A stretch of DNA of 64,000 bases, from NCBI GenBank assembly GCA_964188305.1, contig OZ076888.1; one strand, given 5' to 3'. Under the pieces are notes generated by a model. The model was given only the letters and a program-made list of their open reading frames with translations, did not search any database and was not told where the DNA came from. The stretch comes from Podarcis bocagei. Its lineage: Eukaryota. Below, piece by piece: positions 11,665 to 25,389 of this stretch. Within the stretch, counting starts at the first letter, position 1, and every line of letters begins with the position of its first letter. The translations under genes and the position numbers were made by a program.

Positions 11665-14600
11665 GTGACTACTCGTACCCAGCCCTTTTACTGTGTTTCA
11701 TTTTTGTCTAGCAAGGAAGTGGGAGATGTATGAAAGTGTAAAAAATGTGACCTCTAAATGAGTGCTTTTGACTCCTCATTAGAAGCATAAAGGTATTTGG
11801 CTCTAAATGGAAAGAATGTTTTGGATAACGATAACAAAAGAGAATGTAGTAAGATTCAGACTATAAGCCTTTGCCCGTTTACTTGGGAATAAGCTCCACA
11901 GAACATAATGGGATTTACTCCTGAGTAGACATGTAGAGGATTATATTATGTTTCCTAATGTAAAAACCACCAGGAAATTGTGATAGCAAGAATGGATGTA
12001 AAGGTGAGCATGTGGATATAAAGGTGAGCATGTGACTGAACTAAGGAAGATCCAGGTTGGACTTTTCTTGATTCTGAACATGATGAAATGTAAATGTTCA
12101 GCTATAAATTAAATACAATGTACATCCTTATAGAAAGATCTTTAAACCTTTTAGCAGTCAGCAATCCAGCTGTGCTCTCTGAATCTTGACAGAGGTCAAC
12201 CAGTGTTTTGTATGCCTTCTTTGGAAATATGGCACTCATGTTTCCAAAGCACCTTTCCTTCTATTACTACTACCTTACAGAAAATCAGCTGCCAAAAACC
12301 CTACGGTCATACTTCTACAGGAACAAGGTGTGTTTACCAAGAATTGATTAGCTCCACTTTAAGTACTAATCTTGCCAAGGTGAAGGTGAATTAAATTGAG
12401 CAAGAAAAAGCAGCTCATCCCCTTGTCTGATCCAGCAGGGCTGCTCTTAGATACCCTGACCTTAGCCTGTTTAAGGCTTTAAAAGGAAAACAAAACATAA
12501 CCCAGTATTTTGCATTTAACTTGGAAGCAAACTACTCACTTCTCTGGTAAAAACAAACAAACAAAACCTTGGAAGCAAGCTGAAATCCAGTCTAGATGTT
12601 TTAACTCTGAAATAATAAAATCCCTGGCAGTCAGTATCTGTTAATAGGCACACACTCTGCCTCAGTGAACATTGTTGAAAGACAGCCACACGTCCAATGG
12701 ATTACAGCAGCGGTGAGATACCTCTGGAGGCAATTTCCCCCAATCCATGTCCACTTAGCCCACACTTGATGTCACATGTCAGGTGTGAGGCAGGTAAAAA
12801 GACGCAGCTGCATTGGGAGGGGGCTTTTATTTGGTGCCTTTTAAAATGGGTGTCAAATCCACTTCTGGGATTGGTTCTACACAGGATCTCATGAGTGCAG
12901 CCAGTCCCTGCTGGAAGTGGGGCTTGCAGCTGCCACTGGTGAGCTGACTTGCAGTGACTACAGACCCCATTTTGTTTGACTTCATGGTTTGATTTCAACA
13001 GTTGGCCCCACTTTGCTTACATGTGAGGTGATTGAACACCAAAATAAGGCTTCTGTCATGTTTGGTTTTAGCTTCCACACCAAAAGTTCAGACCCCCCCC
13101 CCCAAGCTGCCATTGCTAGTACCTGATGCATATACTATTCATTTTTCATACAGAGAGCATCCATTAGTCACAAAGTGAGCCTTCTGCCCTCAGTACAGCT
13201 CATAGTTCTTCCTCAATGTCTTTTTTAATACTCTCTTGCAGTTGCATACCTTTTTCTCCACCTTTTTAAGCTCAGAACTTGCTGAGCTCCCTAACATCAA
13301 TTTGGAACACACAATTCCAGATTGTTTAGGAATCTATATGCTACCCCAAATAGTATTATGGGGAGGAGTGCAACTTAATATTATTTAGATTTTATAATAA
13401 TCTCATAGCAAATTAAGGTTTTTTGGCCACAAAATTTGAGGCTTTTTAGCATTACATATTAAAGTCCATGAAGAAAACTTTTCTACAAGTTTTTTATACC
13501 TGCTAATCAGTTACACCAAGCTGAAACTTAAGGATTCCTTGTGTCAGCCTAGCTTAATTCCCTAACACCTTCCACTGTCTCCGGTATTGTTCAATGAGAA
13601 AATCACTTTGAGCCACAAAGATGCTAAGCAAGCAAGAAGTCTCATTTGTTAGCACTAAGCTTCTGTTTGTATGTTAGTTACTGTGGCAGTGTCTCTGATG
13701 TGTAACACTCATACTAATGCTGTACATGATCAAAGGCTTCCAGCAACAGTTTCACCTCCTCTGGAATAATGGCTGCCAAAAGCATCAGCACCTCTTTCTG
13801 AAGATATTGCTAAGGCAAACCTCTTCCTGGGGGCAGAGTGAATGCTTCAGGTGAGCATTAAAACAGCCATGCTGGGTCAAACAAATAGCCTATCCAGTGT
13901 TGTGTAATGGGCTTTCTGTCATAGAAACCACATACAAAATTTTTAATAGCATTGGAGCTATTAAAACAGCATTTTCCATTTCTTCCTGTTTTCTTCCAGC
14001 ATCTGTCAGTCCATGGTGTTAGGAATAGTCAAAGCATTAAAAAGCTAAGACAGAACTTGCATTAAGACAGTACCTTTTCCGAAATAATAAAATGGCTGCT
14101 TCATTCTTTATGTAGCAGCACACATGCATTTGCCAGTGCCTTTGCTTTATTAAAGGACCACCCCTCTCTTGGCTCCATTGTGTCTTTATCTGCTTAACAG
14201 GCATTTGCAAATGCATAGTTGTTGCTTGCCCACTCTGAATTTATATTTTTACATCTAACAATATAATGTGAAAGGTAAGAAAAATGGCGAACATCATTAT
14301 TTTGAAACTGGCACAAATGTTCATTTTGCTGTAAATACACATGTTGGAGAAACTGGTGTGCTGAGCCTGACCTCACCTTCATCTAGGCGAAAACTCATTT
14401 GAAAAGCAGTCCTGTAATTTACAGTCCCTTTAACATGTTTAGCCATCTTTTGTAACATGATTTTGCTGTTGGATGTTACTATGCTGCTGGTGAGAAAAGT
14501 TCTACAGCTCAGGGCCAGACTAGATACAACAGTAGGCAGCTGGTTTTTTAAACAGTATTTTAATAGTCACAGCCATGCTTCCCCCCACTGAAACTACAGG

Positions 14601-15248
14601 GTAAGAGGAAAGGGATAATGCCTCTCCCTGGGGCTGTCATTTGTCTTGGGCAGAAATTAATACCTTTATAATATCTGCATGTTTTGACCCACAGAAAGAA
14701 TGGTGTGGAGAGAGTGGTTAAAACACACTCCAGTTCTGCGATTCTGGCTGGATCTCCCCTGCCACCCCCTCCCAGCTATTATTAAAGTATTAAAAATAGC
14801 AACACTATCTGCCTTCAGATGTAAGAAATGTGGGTAAGGAAACAGGGGCTGTTAGGGATGAGTATTCTAGCTCTGGCCTTCATCAGTTTTTGTCGTGTTC
14901 CACTTTGTAAAAGGTGACTGTGTCTGGTGGGGAAGCCTTTAATATCTATGGAGGCTTCCAGCACATTTTGGAACCATACTTTCCCCTATAAGGAGCCTCC
15001 GCAAATACAAAAATTCCCCTCCCTGACACAGCCACTTCCTACAATTTAGACAATGATAAAAATCTAATAACCAAAGAAGGCTGCTGCCATGCCTGATTAT
15101 GCCTACAGGTATGAGCAGTGTAAAAAATGTCTCCTCTTGATGTTGCTGTGTGTTATCTGTTTCCAAATAAAATTTAACTTCCTATTTGTTGCGGAGCATA
15201 GGCATCTCAACAGGTGTAAGCCATAATGGGTGTATGAAACAGCCATGC

Positions 15249-15479
15249 CATAGGCATAGGCAGGATTTATGTTGGGGGGGGGGGAGGCAGGACACCCACC
15301 TGTCATCATCCTCTGTCTGGCAGATTTGGAATGAAATGTCTCAACAACAGTTTTAAATCACTTTCTTTTGCTCAGAAAAATCTGTCAAAAATCTTTTTAC
15401 AGTTTCAACTTTTCATTAAGTATTTTTATTTATTTACTTGATGGGGGGAGGCAGCTTCCCCCTCCCGGCTATGCCCATG
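15249..15479. mobile_element. hAT MITE
   Basis: TIRs CATAGGCATAGGCAGG / CCGGCTATGCCCATG; 8-bp TSD AGCCATGC / AGCCATGT (7/8). Confidence 0.75.
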
Positions 15480-17246
15480 AGCCATGTTAAGAGGCAGTAT
15501 GCCAGTGAATACAACAATATTCTTGGGAGCAACAGTGTTGGAGGGCTCTTGCCTTTATGTTGTGTTTGCCATCTTCCCAGGAGCTGGCCACTGTGAGAAA
15601 TGGGTACTGCCTTTTAGGTAGTGGTAACAACTAATTCTGCGCTTGGTGTTGTCTAAGTGTAGCTGCATATGTGATCATTGGGAAGAAATACACAAGAAAT
15701 TGCAGCAGCCACTGCTCATACCGCATTCAAAATTTGCTTTCAAAAGTGCCTGGCATTTGGCTTGCAAGCAAGTATGCAGGGCAGCACTTGAACCAAGCCC
15801 GGCATGGGAAGTGAGAAGCTCCACTGTGCACATTGAAGTCACTATTAAGGTTTCAGTCTGCCATTTTGTTGATCACCCTTGCTAATCAAGTTCTTCTCAA
15901 GCTTTGGCTATATAACAGTAATAATAGCAACAGCTGTAACAAATATTTTATTTATTTAACCCTTTGTCATGTAGGGTCCCAAGGTGGTATGCAACAGCAT
16001 AGGGAAACAAGTCACAAATGTGGCAAAACAGGTGAAAACCATAGCATCAGGTGAAAAAAGCAAACATAAGTTGCAACTGTACTTAACCAACCAGACTCAA
16101 AACCATCCTTGGAATGTCCTATTATTCAGCCATTTTTGCCTCCTGTTAGCTACTTTTCTTTAATATTTAACAGAAGGCTAATCCCTAACAGGCCTTGACT
16201 TGGGTTCTTATTTTTAGAGCAGGGAGCTTGATGTACCTTTTTGAAAGGTCCATGTCTTTGATGTGCATTGAATCACTCTTAGGTTTCATGCCCAAAAAAT
16301 TCTGTTACGTTGATAAAGAAGGATTTCTCTTCATAAAAATCCTTATCGAAGCATTTCATAAGAAAATAAGGGTCTCTGACATGCAGTTTACCTCTGAAGA
16401 GTAATTTCTTGTTTCAATAAAATAATGACCATTTTTTTCTTTAAAGTTCCCCAAGTCTCAGTGGCATGTTGGGAATACCAATATATGCTAAAGGTTTGTG
16501 GAACAATATAGGTTGAGTCTTTTGTGTCATTTCCTCAAGTCTCCCTTGAGTAGTGTAGCTTTACAGGGGAAGTGTGATGATTGTGACAAGCACATTCCAA
16601 CACAATTACCAACACCCACCACAAACTGCTTTACTTGTTGCTTGAACAAACTAAGAGAGCTGACTTAATATATTGTACAATTGCTCTGTTCTAGTAAGGC
16701 TGTCCAGAGGCAAGCATTTAGCAGTTTTATCACTTTCTCAAGATTTGTGTACATACATAGCACTGTGCAAATCATCCCCTAGGTTTGTTGAAGCAAAACA
16801 AGGCAATAGTGCCTTACCCTCTGGTAGGTGTTGAGAGGCACTATTAAGCCATGTTTAGCCTCTCCAGGGACCAGCATAGGGTTGATTCTACAGTCTAAGC
16901 TTGAATGACTCTGCCGCACCATCCCATTTTTAGCAAGAGAAGAAACAGTCAGCTCTCTCAAGTTTGCAAGCTCTTGCCCCATTAAATTCCTGGCTGCTAT
17001 TCATATAAGAAGGTCCATTAGCAGTATGAAGATGCAGGCCTCCCTCCCTCCCTTCCACTGTTGGAAGGAAGGAGGCACTGTTCTTGGCAATGTCTGTCCA
17101 GAATTGGGTAGGTACATTGCAGAGAATTGGAAACAGGGTCCCATGGCATCAGTGTTCTATTACCATAAGTGTTCATGGGCTGGAGTCCACTTCATCAGAT
17201 ACATGTAGTATTATACACAGTTGGCAGTATGGGTATAGAGAAGTGG

Positions 17247-17287
<41 letters not shown>
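17247..17287. repeat. (GA)n microsatellite plus G run
   Basis: Direct reading. Confidence 0.9.
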
Positions 17288-20200
17288 CCAAATGGCCGTG
17301 AACAGCAACAAGTACATAAAATTGTCACAGCTATAAACCTGAAGAGAAGGGGAAAAACATTCACAAAAGCAGCAATTGGTGATAACATAATTATCCTAAG
17401 TTTTGCAATTGTTAGTTAACATTTGTACTGAACAGGAAACTATTGTCTGTATTCAAGCCTGAACAGACTTGGACTTCTTGGTTCTAATTCAACAATTTCA
17501 CGCTGGAGTCTCCTTATAAAATAATTTCAGAGAATGCAATTTTTCAGGTTAGTAACAGGGCTCTGGGATGTTGAAATGTACTCTTACTGGTTTCTGAATG
17601 CTGCCATTTCTAGTGTCTGATTTGCAAACGTTTCGTCTTTTGCATAGAGACTGACCTTTATGTAGAAGGACATTGCTAGCAGGTGACAATATATTACAAA
17701 GGAATATGAGCAGGTGCACGAGTCCTTAACATTAGGTCTTACAATAGTGCATCAACTTTGTCTTAATAAACACTCAGGCATCTAGGGTTGCAGTAGGGTC
17801 TGTGTCCATGTACAGCTACTTGAAAAGATCTCAGCAAATATCAGACCCTGGGCAGGAGAGGCACTCCTTCTGGTAGTCAGAGCCCCAACTATTCCAGGCT
17901 TTCTATGTTAACCAGAACCTTGAATTTGAGAGTAGCTATCTTTAAGCAAGGATAAGTCAACTCAAGGCCTGTGAGAAAACAGTATCATTGTTCAGGATGG
18001 CCTGTAGATCCTTGACATTATGCAGACATGGTTTACTTGTGAGCTGTACATGACAGGTAGTGTTCTGTCAAATTTCCCCCCTTACGGGACTCTCCTGTAG
18101 TAGATTATTTCTAGATACAAGTATAACCTTGATGATCCTGCTTTTTCACTTCATTGGGTTGGTGTCAATTGTTTTAAGAAATTCCTGATGTAAATCCTAA
18201 AGGTGTGAGTCCCTGTCCAACAGGTTGGAACAGATGCAGTTCTCTTAATAAGGCTTGGCTATGGACAGTGGATCTTGTAGTGTCTTTGTGGTGAAAGTTA
18301 GATTACAGATGTGCAGTGGGTTTCTGGTATAAGGTGATGCTTGTATTTTTATTGCATAGAAGCACACTGGTGTCCAGAAAGTGAACTGGCTTCTTGAAGT
18401 GGTCCAGGCCCAGGTCCATGTTCAGACCATCAACCTAATTTAATAAACCTTAGTTTGTGTGATTCCATTTGGTGGCTTAAACAATCGATCTGAAGGACAA
18501 AAAATACTTCCTCAGGTTTTAGATGGTGTGAATATGTCACAGCAAGAATGGTCTAAGGTGGCAACTTTTATAAGTGAAATAATTAGCAGGATTCCAACAA
18601 CAAACTGCTTGTTCCCACAAAACACTTTTCCTCCATAGAAGCTGCAGCAGCATTGTCTCTTCCTACCCCAATAAGGGCTGTTTTGCTGTGGCACTTCAGC
18701 CACCTACCACATTTCTGTCATATCCATGGTCATCATATCATCATTGTAGGCCGAGGAAGTCGTGTACAGAGGGACAGGTCAGCGGATTCCAGCATAGTTG
18801 AAGAAGTCAGACAATGTGTGTTGAAAATATAACCTTTGGGGTACCTGGATCAAGGGAGAAGGATGGCGAAACCTAGCTTTGTTTCTCCTCTCCCCTTTGC
18901 TTGACTTGGGGTGGGAGAAATAAAGCTATATTTTGCAAGCGAAAGCAGAGAAGCCTCGCTGCTGTTTCGAAGAGCAAGCAGGATTGCTCACCCTTCACAT
19001 TAGCCAGTGCTTAGGGAGGGGGATTCTTTTAATGCTAATTTCAGGCATGTGAGAGAGCTCCCTGCAGGGTGCACTCTTACATTCCTGCACCAAACAGGTT
19101 CGCTTGCCCTTTCATCAGCCAGTGGTGGTGGGGATCCTACTCAGCAAAGAGCCCTCACATGCACCGAAAGCCCAGTTCTTAGGAGGATCGTTCTTCCTTC
19201 ACGCCAGCTGCTAGGTACTGAGTTCCAAAAGCGCTGTTTGAAATATCCATCCCCATTCTCCTTTAAACAGTGCTTTTATGCACCCCTTTGCTGAAACAGG
19301 AGCATGGGGCTCTCTTAAAGTGCTTTTCAAAAGCACTGTTTGAAGCCACTCGCACACTTCTCTTGTGAGCAGGTGGTAGTGGCAGGGGGGAGAGTGTGAG
19401 AGACCTTTCTTCCCCACATTGCCTGCGTACTTGTAGGAGAAGAACATGCACTGCCTCAAACAGCACTTCTGAGCAGGATATAATTCCCACCCATGGGCAA
19501 ATGAGCAGAGATTACATCCTGCTGGGAACAGAATACACAGCCAAGCCAGACTTAAACCCCATCCTCCCACTGATCTACTGACATCGGCAGGTAGGCGTGG
19601 TTTGGGAGAAATGGCCTCATGGGTCACATTGGTTCCCCACCCCTGCTGTATGAAATAAACTATTAGAATGAGAATGTTTCTAGGATACATCTGGGGTTGG
19701 GTAACAACCGGTGCAGACAAACCCTTTTTACAGAGAACATCTATTGCTGGCCAGCCAAGTTTTTCCTGTTAACATTAGTTCATAAAATGTAATTTTAAGG
19801 AATTTGTTATTGTTTCTTGGCATCAACAACCAGACCTATAGAGTTACCTTTGCTTTCTCAAAACCTCCAGTTTCTTTTAGCCTTGCTGTAGAGACTCCCT
19901 CCAATGGATGAGAGAGAGGTTTTGCTGGGCATGCCACTCATACTTCTGCTTCTTTTTTTTACATTTTTAGAAAATGTTTCAGCTTTCCTATTTTGTCATT
20001 GCATAGTATATGCCAAGCCTTCATTGTAAACAAGAAATGTGAGTTCAGTTGTGTTTTTTTAAGTGCTCTTGGTCAATGCAAGTGAGATTCAAATTCCTAA
20101 CTGCTGATCCTGCAAGATGGGGGAAATAGCCTCAAAATACAAACATGTCTTCTCCATAAATGTAAAGCATCATTTCTGTGTTTGCACAGTATTCTCATTG

Positions 20201-21866
20201 TTCCATCTTGCCTAGTGTAATTCAGTGCTGCAAGATGTAGTGAGGGCCACAGGCTTAGATGACTTTAAAATGAGACTTATAGAGGATGGGTGTATCACTG
20301 CATAATATGATAGCTAAACAGAGCCTCCCAGTCTCAAAGATTGTCTTTCTCTGAACATCCCGAGCTGAGGTGCAAACAGCAGAGGAGGGCTGTTTTCATC
20401 CCTTGCTGTGGTCTTTCCTGAAGCATATTTCTAGTTATTGCTGTCCAGATATGTCCACTGTTTGCCTGAGCCTAGAAAACCTAGCATTGGTTGCTAAAGG
20501 CGGAGCACACTTGTAAGGTAGAGGGGGGTGTTGTATGTTTTACAAACAGTCTCCATACAAAGGCAGAACCATGTCCTAGCTTGAGAAACCAGTTACAGCA
20601 GGCTAGTGAGGCAGGAACTGTTTGCACAATGCCACCAGGTCTATTGAAGTGTTGTGGCATTTCAAAAGCCCCATAGTGAGTACCATTTGATAGTCTAGGG
20701 ACTGTTTGCTGCTCTAGGGACTGTTTACCATGTTAGTTGTAGCTGAAAGTTTCCCTGGGAGGAAAAGATCCTCTTGGATGAGAGTTTTGAATGTGTGTAG
20801 AACAACAGAGATACTTATCTCAGATTTTCCTATCATTTTCTTAGAGGGAATTTCCCCTCCCCCCATAGGGGAATAAATGGCTACTGTCTGCTACCAGTCT
20901 CTTCATAGTGTCCTGTTGTTAGGAGCTCTTAAATATTCTCAAAAGGTGGTGCTCAGTTCAAGTTGAACATTTTTCAAAGAACAGGGCCTATTTGTTCAAT
21001 TTCAACTTCTAAGCTTCTAAATCCCAGAAGAAATTAAATGAGGTGCCTAGAGCTATGACAGCCTGTGATGTTGATTTGCTGCAGATGTCACCTTTAATAT
21101 CATGCACATCAAATGCATGCGATTTCTAGTGCAATGTGGTGCCGCCACTGCAGGAACAGTGCTGAATTTAAGGAATGCTGTGAAAAAGATATTGTTGATA
21201 ATAGCTAACTGTACAGTCTCCTTAAAAGCCATGCTGTAGGAACTCTTGAGGGTGAAAACATGGGTAGGAAATAAGGGGTTTTGCTGCTATGCCTAAATGC
21301 CCTTGTGTATCTGGTTTATCTGACCCTTGCAGAAGAAGGACCCTTGCTAGGGCAGGTATATCTTTTGTCTATTAGCACTGGATTACGTCTTGGTATTTCA
21401 GGCATGGTTTAACAAAGAAGTTCTTTGAAGGTTAGATTATTTGACCCATTTGGTAGGAAATGTGTTTGCAGGCTAATAGTAGCTTGCTCCTCTTCCTCCT
21501 ATCAGTTCATTGAAGCCTAAGGCTAGCTCATGGTGTTTCAGACAAAAAGCACCTCCTTTCTCCTATTGCCTGTCTTTTCAGATAATGTGATCTCTCTTCA
21601 CAATTCTTAGCTTTTCTTCTTCTCTGAATCAAAGCTTTCAGTTTTTGACACAGGGGGAGAATTGATGATACAACTAGATTCCCTAATAATTGCAGCATTT
21701 TGTAGGTACTAGGGGAGGAAACAAACCAACCTCCAAGGGCTTTGTGAATTTCTGTATGAACAACAGTACAGTTTCTTCTCTGTGCACTAAGAAAGAGTCT
21801 GTTGCTTGGCAATTAGGTGAAGCTTGGAGCGTAAAAGAATAAAACTACTGTCTCTCCCTTTTGCAG

Positions 21867-21935
21867 ATCCTGCTGACTGAAGAGTTTGTGGAAAGAATGC
21901 TGGAAGACCTAGAAGATCTGAATTCTTCAGAGGAA
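21867..21935 (+). CDS. SUFU: SUFU coding exon (equivalent to human exon 11), 69 bp
   Basis: ttttgcag acceptor and gtaagt donor. Encodes ILLTEEFVERMLEDLEDLNSSEE, phase 0 at both ends. Confidence 0.96.
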
Positions 21936-23254
21936 GTAAGTTTCTTAACTCTAATATCCAAAGGGACTCTTTCTGTATTCAGGGGGTTGATTTGCTTGGT
22001 TGATGGTTTGATGGCCTGGTTTCTTGGCTATAAATGCAGGGCTCATGTTTTCTTTGCTGTTATCACCCAGTCCTTGAAAGTCCTTCATGTGGCCACCCCA
22101 AGATTATGTGGTCGGAGCACTGGGGATGGTAAAAATTGAATGTTCTATTTTAGGACTTCTATGCTAGCCACTCCCCTGGCAGTTGTTGATGTCTTGACAA
22201 AATTCCGATGGAGTTCCTATCCCTTATAGTCTACTGAATGTAGACATAGACTTTGACTGTCTGTAATGACACCTTCAGTAGTTTTTTACTGCTTACTTGA
22301 CAGCCTTGCATTGTGGTAAGAGCATTTATATGACTCCTCTGTGGGGCTGCTAATGGTTTTTCATGTGCATATCATAAGGTAATCCTCCCTAACATTCATT
22401 CATTGCCATGAAAAGCAAATAATCCTAATTCTCACAGTTCTGTTGACTCCAGTCAAGGTTTGTCTGCTTGTAGAACAGCCTTTCCTACTTGTACTGCCCA
22501 AACTGGCCTGTTGTTTAATTCTTACTGCTGAAGTTTTGTAGTCTCAGAATTAGAAGGCTGTGTTGTAATGAAAGTTACAGTAGTTGTTTATTTTTAAATT
22601 GACAGGATAAGGGGAGGGTGGCAGAAATTTACAGTCAAAGGAGATATCACAACCAACTTGGAACATGCACACCTGGTTTTCTGTAATGGAGTCTGTCTTG
22701 GGGCCTCTCTTGGCCAAAACTGAAACTTCCTTTTAAGGTGCAGGCTACTATAGAAAAGTTATTTTTAGGCATGCTTCATATTTATTTTTAGGGGTGCTTC
22801 ATAACAGTCTTCAGGATTGGCAGTGGGGAACCCTCTCCATTCCCCAAAGTCTTAGGTCAATGAGAAGTTTGGTTCATCATATGAGGAGTTGGTGACTGCC
22901 TCTTGGTCAGGGCCAGAAAGACAGCTGGCTCAGGGACTGCGTAGTTACCTAGAATCTTAAAACCATGCAGGAAGGCTTGGCACACTTCTTACATGGATTA
23001 AAAATGGATTTGAGAGCTATTTTGAGGAACAGTCAACATTAAAAATGGGGGTGTGGTTTTTTTTTACAGCAACAAAAACAAAAAAGAATGAAGTTAAAAG
23101 ACTGTTTCATCTTGCATCTAATACTTAACCCAGTAATGTGAATGAAGTTGTCTTTCATTATTACACCAAGTTTACTGCCTCCCTAATTTTTATTTATCTC
23201 AAGATCATTCAAGTTTTTAGTGAATAAATGATAGTTCTAAATTACTTTTTAACC

Positions 23255-23331
23255 ATTTTTTCATGCACTATTTTAGTGTTGTTAGCCGCCCTGAGCCCGG
23301 CTTCGGCTGGGGAGGGCGGGATATAAATAAA

Positions 23332-23385
<54 letters not shown>
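23255..23385 (+). mobile_element. LINE 3' end (L2-like) with (TAT)n tail
   Basis: gttagccgccctgagcccggcttcggctggggagggcgggatataaataaa then a ~50-bp (TAT)n tract. Confidence 0.65.
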
Positions 23386-24152
23386 GTGAAGAAATTATTG
23401 GAGGAGTTTTAAAATAAGTTTACCATTGAATGATCTTCCCTCAGTGAAGGAGAGCCCTAATGTGAGCTTTCTCTTGACTTTCTGTAAGCGTGATCTACTG
23501 GTTCACTCTGTTGACAGTAGGTTTCTGTTATACCCAGGATTCCTGTTTTTTTTAGCTTCCAAGCTCTTAAGCTCTCCCATCACAGTTAAGAGATTTCTGT
23601 AATGTTAACATATAAACACCTATACATTCTATCTCTCTTCAAACATTTTCTAGTTCAATTTCTTCAGTCACTCTTTGGGTTTTTGCTAGCTACCATTTTT
23701 CTCTGTAAACTCGTTTTAGAGTTGTACTCTGTCCTCCACTTTACCTGAAAAACATTTACATCATCATCCTTAAGTGTTAAATCATCCCGAACTTGATGAT
23801 CCTCAACTCCTGTTTGCTTACCCTGAGAAGTTAAGTCTAATAGCTGCTCTGTGACTTCTTTCATGTTCAGCACCAGCAGTTTGGTTACACTGCAGTTGAA
23901 GTGGAGGGTGCCTCTTTTGTACAGGCTCAGCTTGTCCCAGAAGAGACCCTGATGTCTAGCAAATGGCTGCTCTAAAATGCTTTGCTTAATAGTGTGATAG
24001 AAATTTCCTTAATCTATACTCTTCCTCTTCATACCACTATCACATCCAAGAACTAGGGCCCTGCAGTTTCATCAGTCTAGCTGGTCATGTATGTGGAAGA
24101 GAGAGCATTTCTGAAAATACTACCTTGAAGGGCTTTGACTCAATGTTCTACT

Positions 24153-24279
24153 CAGTGCTATTTTTCTAGAAAAAGAGGTGCCAGAACTCAGCATGAACAC
24201 CTCCCTCGTTCTCTTTGAATGGCAATGGTGCCCACCTGAGAGCTGCTGGAACTGAGTTCTGGCAGGAAAAAAGCCCGTG
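24153..24279. mobile_element. Degenerate hAT-like MITE
   Basis: CAGTGCTATTTTTC ... GAAAAAAGCCCGTG imperfect termini; TSD not evident. Confidence 0.4.
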
Positions 24280-25299
24280 TAACTTAACCACTCCTCAGCC
24301 AATGTGCACAATGGTCATTGACTTCTCCATCTAACAGTCTATCCAGTCTACAGTCTTCCCACCAGGCAGACTCCACCCCCAGTTTTGTGATTGCCTCTTA
24401 CTAGCCCCTTCCCCAATCAATTCCTGTAAGTTATTAAGCACCCAAGAAATAGGACAGTTCTATGGAATTCCCCCCCCCCAAATTCCTCAGCTAAGACCCT
24501 CATTCTCCATAATAGCAAATGAACTGTTGGCATGGAGTAAGGCTCCTCTATGTGTCCCTGAATTCTGCCCCTCTGTTTTTCAAAGTCAGCCTCAGGGGAA
24601 TGAATTTGTTCCCAAATAACCAGGACCTCATAAGTCCCTATATTTCTGCTAGTTTTCTAGTTTTGCTACTGTTCTTGTTACGTTCATGTGGGATTGATGT
24701 TAACCTTGAGAGGCTTATTGGGACTTCACTTCCCCACGACCCTTGCATGAATCCTTTATTTGCCAGTCTCACCAGCTTCTTCCTCAACTACCTTATTGTG
24801 GGGTTTCACTTGTGTTTGTTGTATATCAAACCTATTTTAAAACTGTTTTATCACTGAATTTTCAATGTCTTGAACTCTGTGCGTGTTTGCTGTACCCTGA
24901 AGTCTTATATGCATGATACGCTGGGCTAGAAAACCTCTGAATTCACTGACTCAGTCCTTCTTAAGCAGGTGCCAAAAAAAGAGGCCCTGGTAAATTAAGA
25001 GAAAGCAAAGTAAGACAGTAATGCACAAGTGAGTGGTAGAAATAGGAAAAAAATACTTGACTATGTAATCTATGTAAAGTGACCTGTGATCTTTGGATGA
25101 AGGGTGGTATACATTTTTAATAAATAATGATAAAATAACAGTCTTCTGTCCCAAATGAACACTTTGGAAAAAGATTTCCTTATTTACCTGATAGCTGGAA
25201 ACTTTTGCTTCTATTGGGTCTAATGGTATTATTTTGTTTGCTTTGTGTATCATACATCATGGTAAGTTATATTAACTAATAACTTTTTTGCTTCTTTAG

Positions 25300-25389
25300 T
25301 TCAAACTTCCAAAGGAGTATAGTTGGCCTGAAAAGAAACTGAAAGTCTCCATCTTGCCTGATGCTGTATTTGACAACCCACTGCATTAA
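25300..25389 (+). CDS. SUFU: SUFU terminal coding exon to stop codon
   Basis: ctttag acceptor. Encodes FKLPKEYSWPEKKLKVSILPDAVFDNPLH then TAA (25387-25389), matching the SUFU C-terminus. Confidence 0.96.
   Translation, partial: FKLPKEYSWPEKKLKVSILPDAVFDNPLH

Noticed and set aside
11993-12034. Short tandem duplication (taaaggtgagcatgtg x2); similar ones near 1568 and 20693
   Set aside because: Ordinary slippage duplications.
23664-23873. Charged 69-aa ORF, possibly a LINE ORF1 remnant
   Set aside because: No diagnostic motif; cannot be supported without a search.
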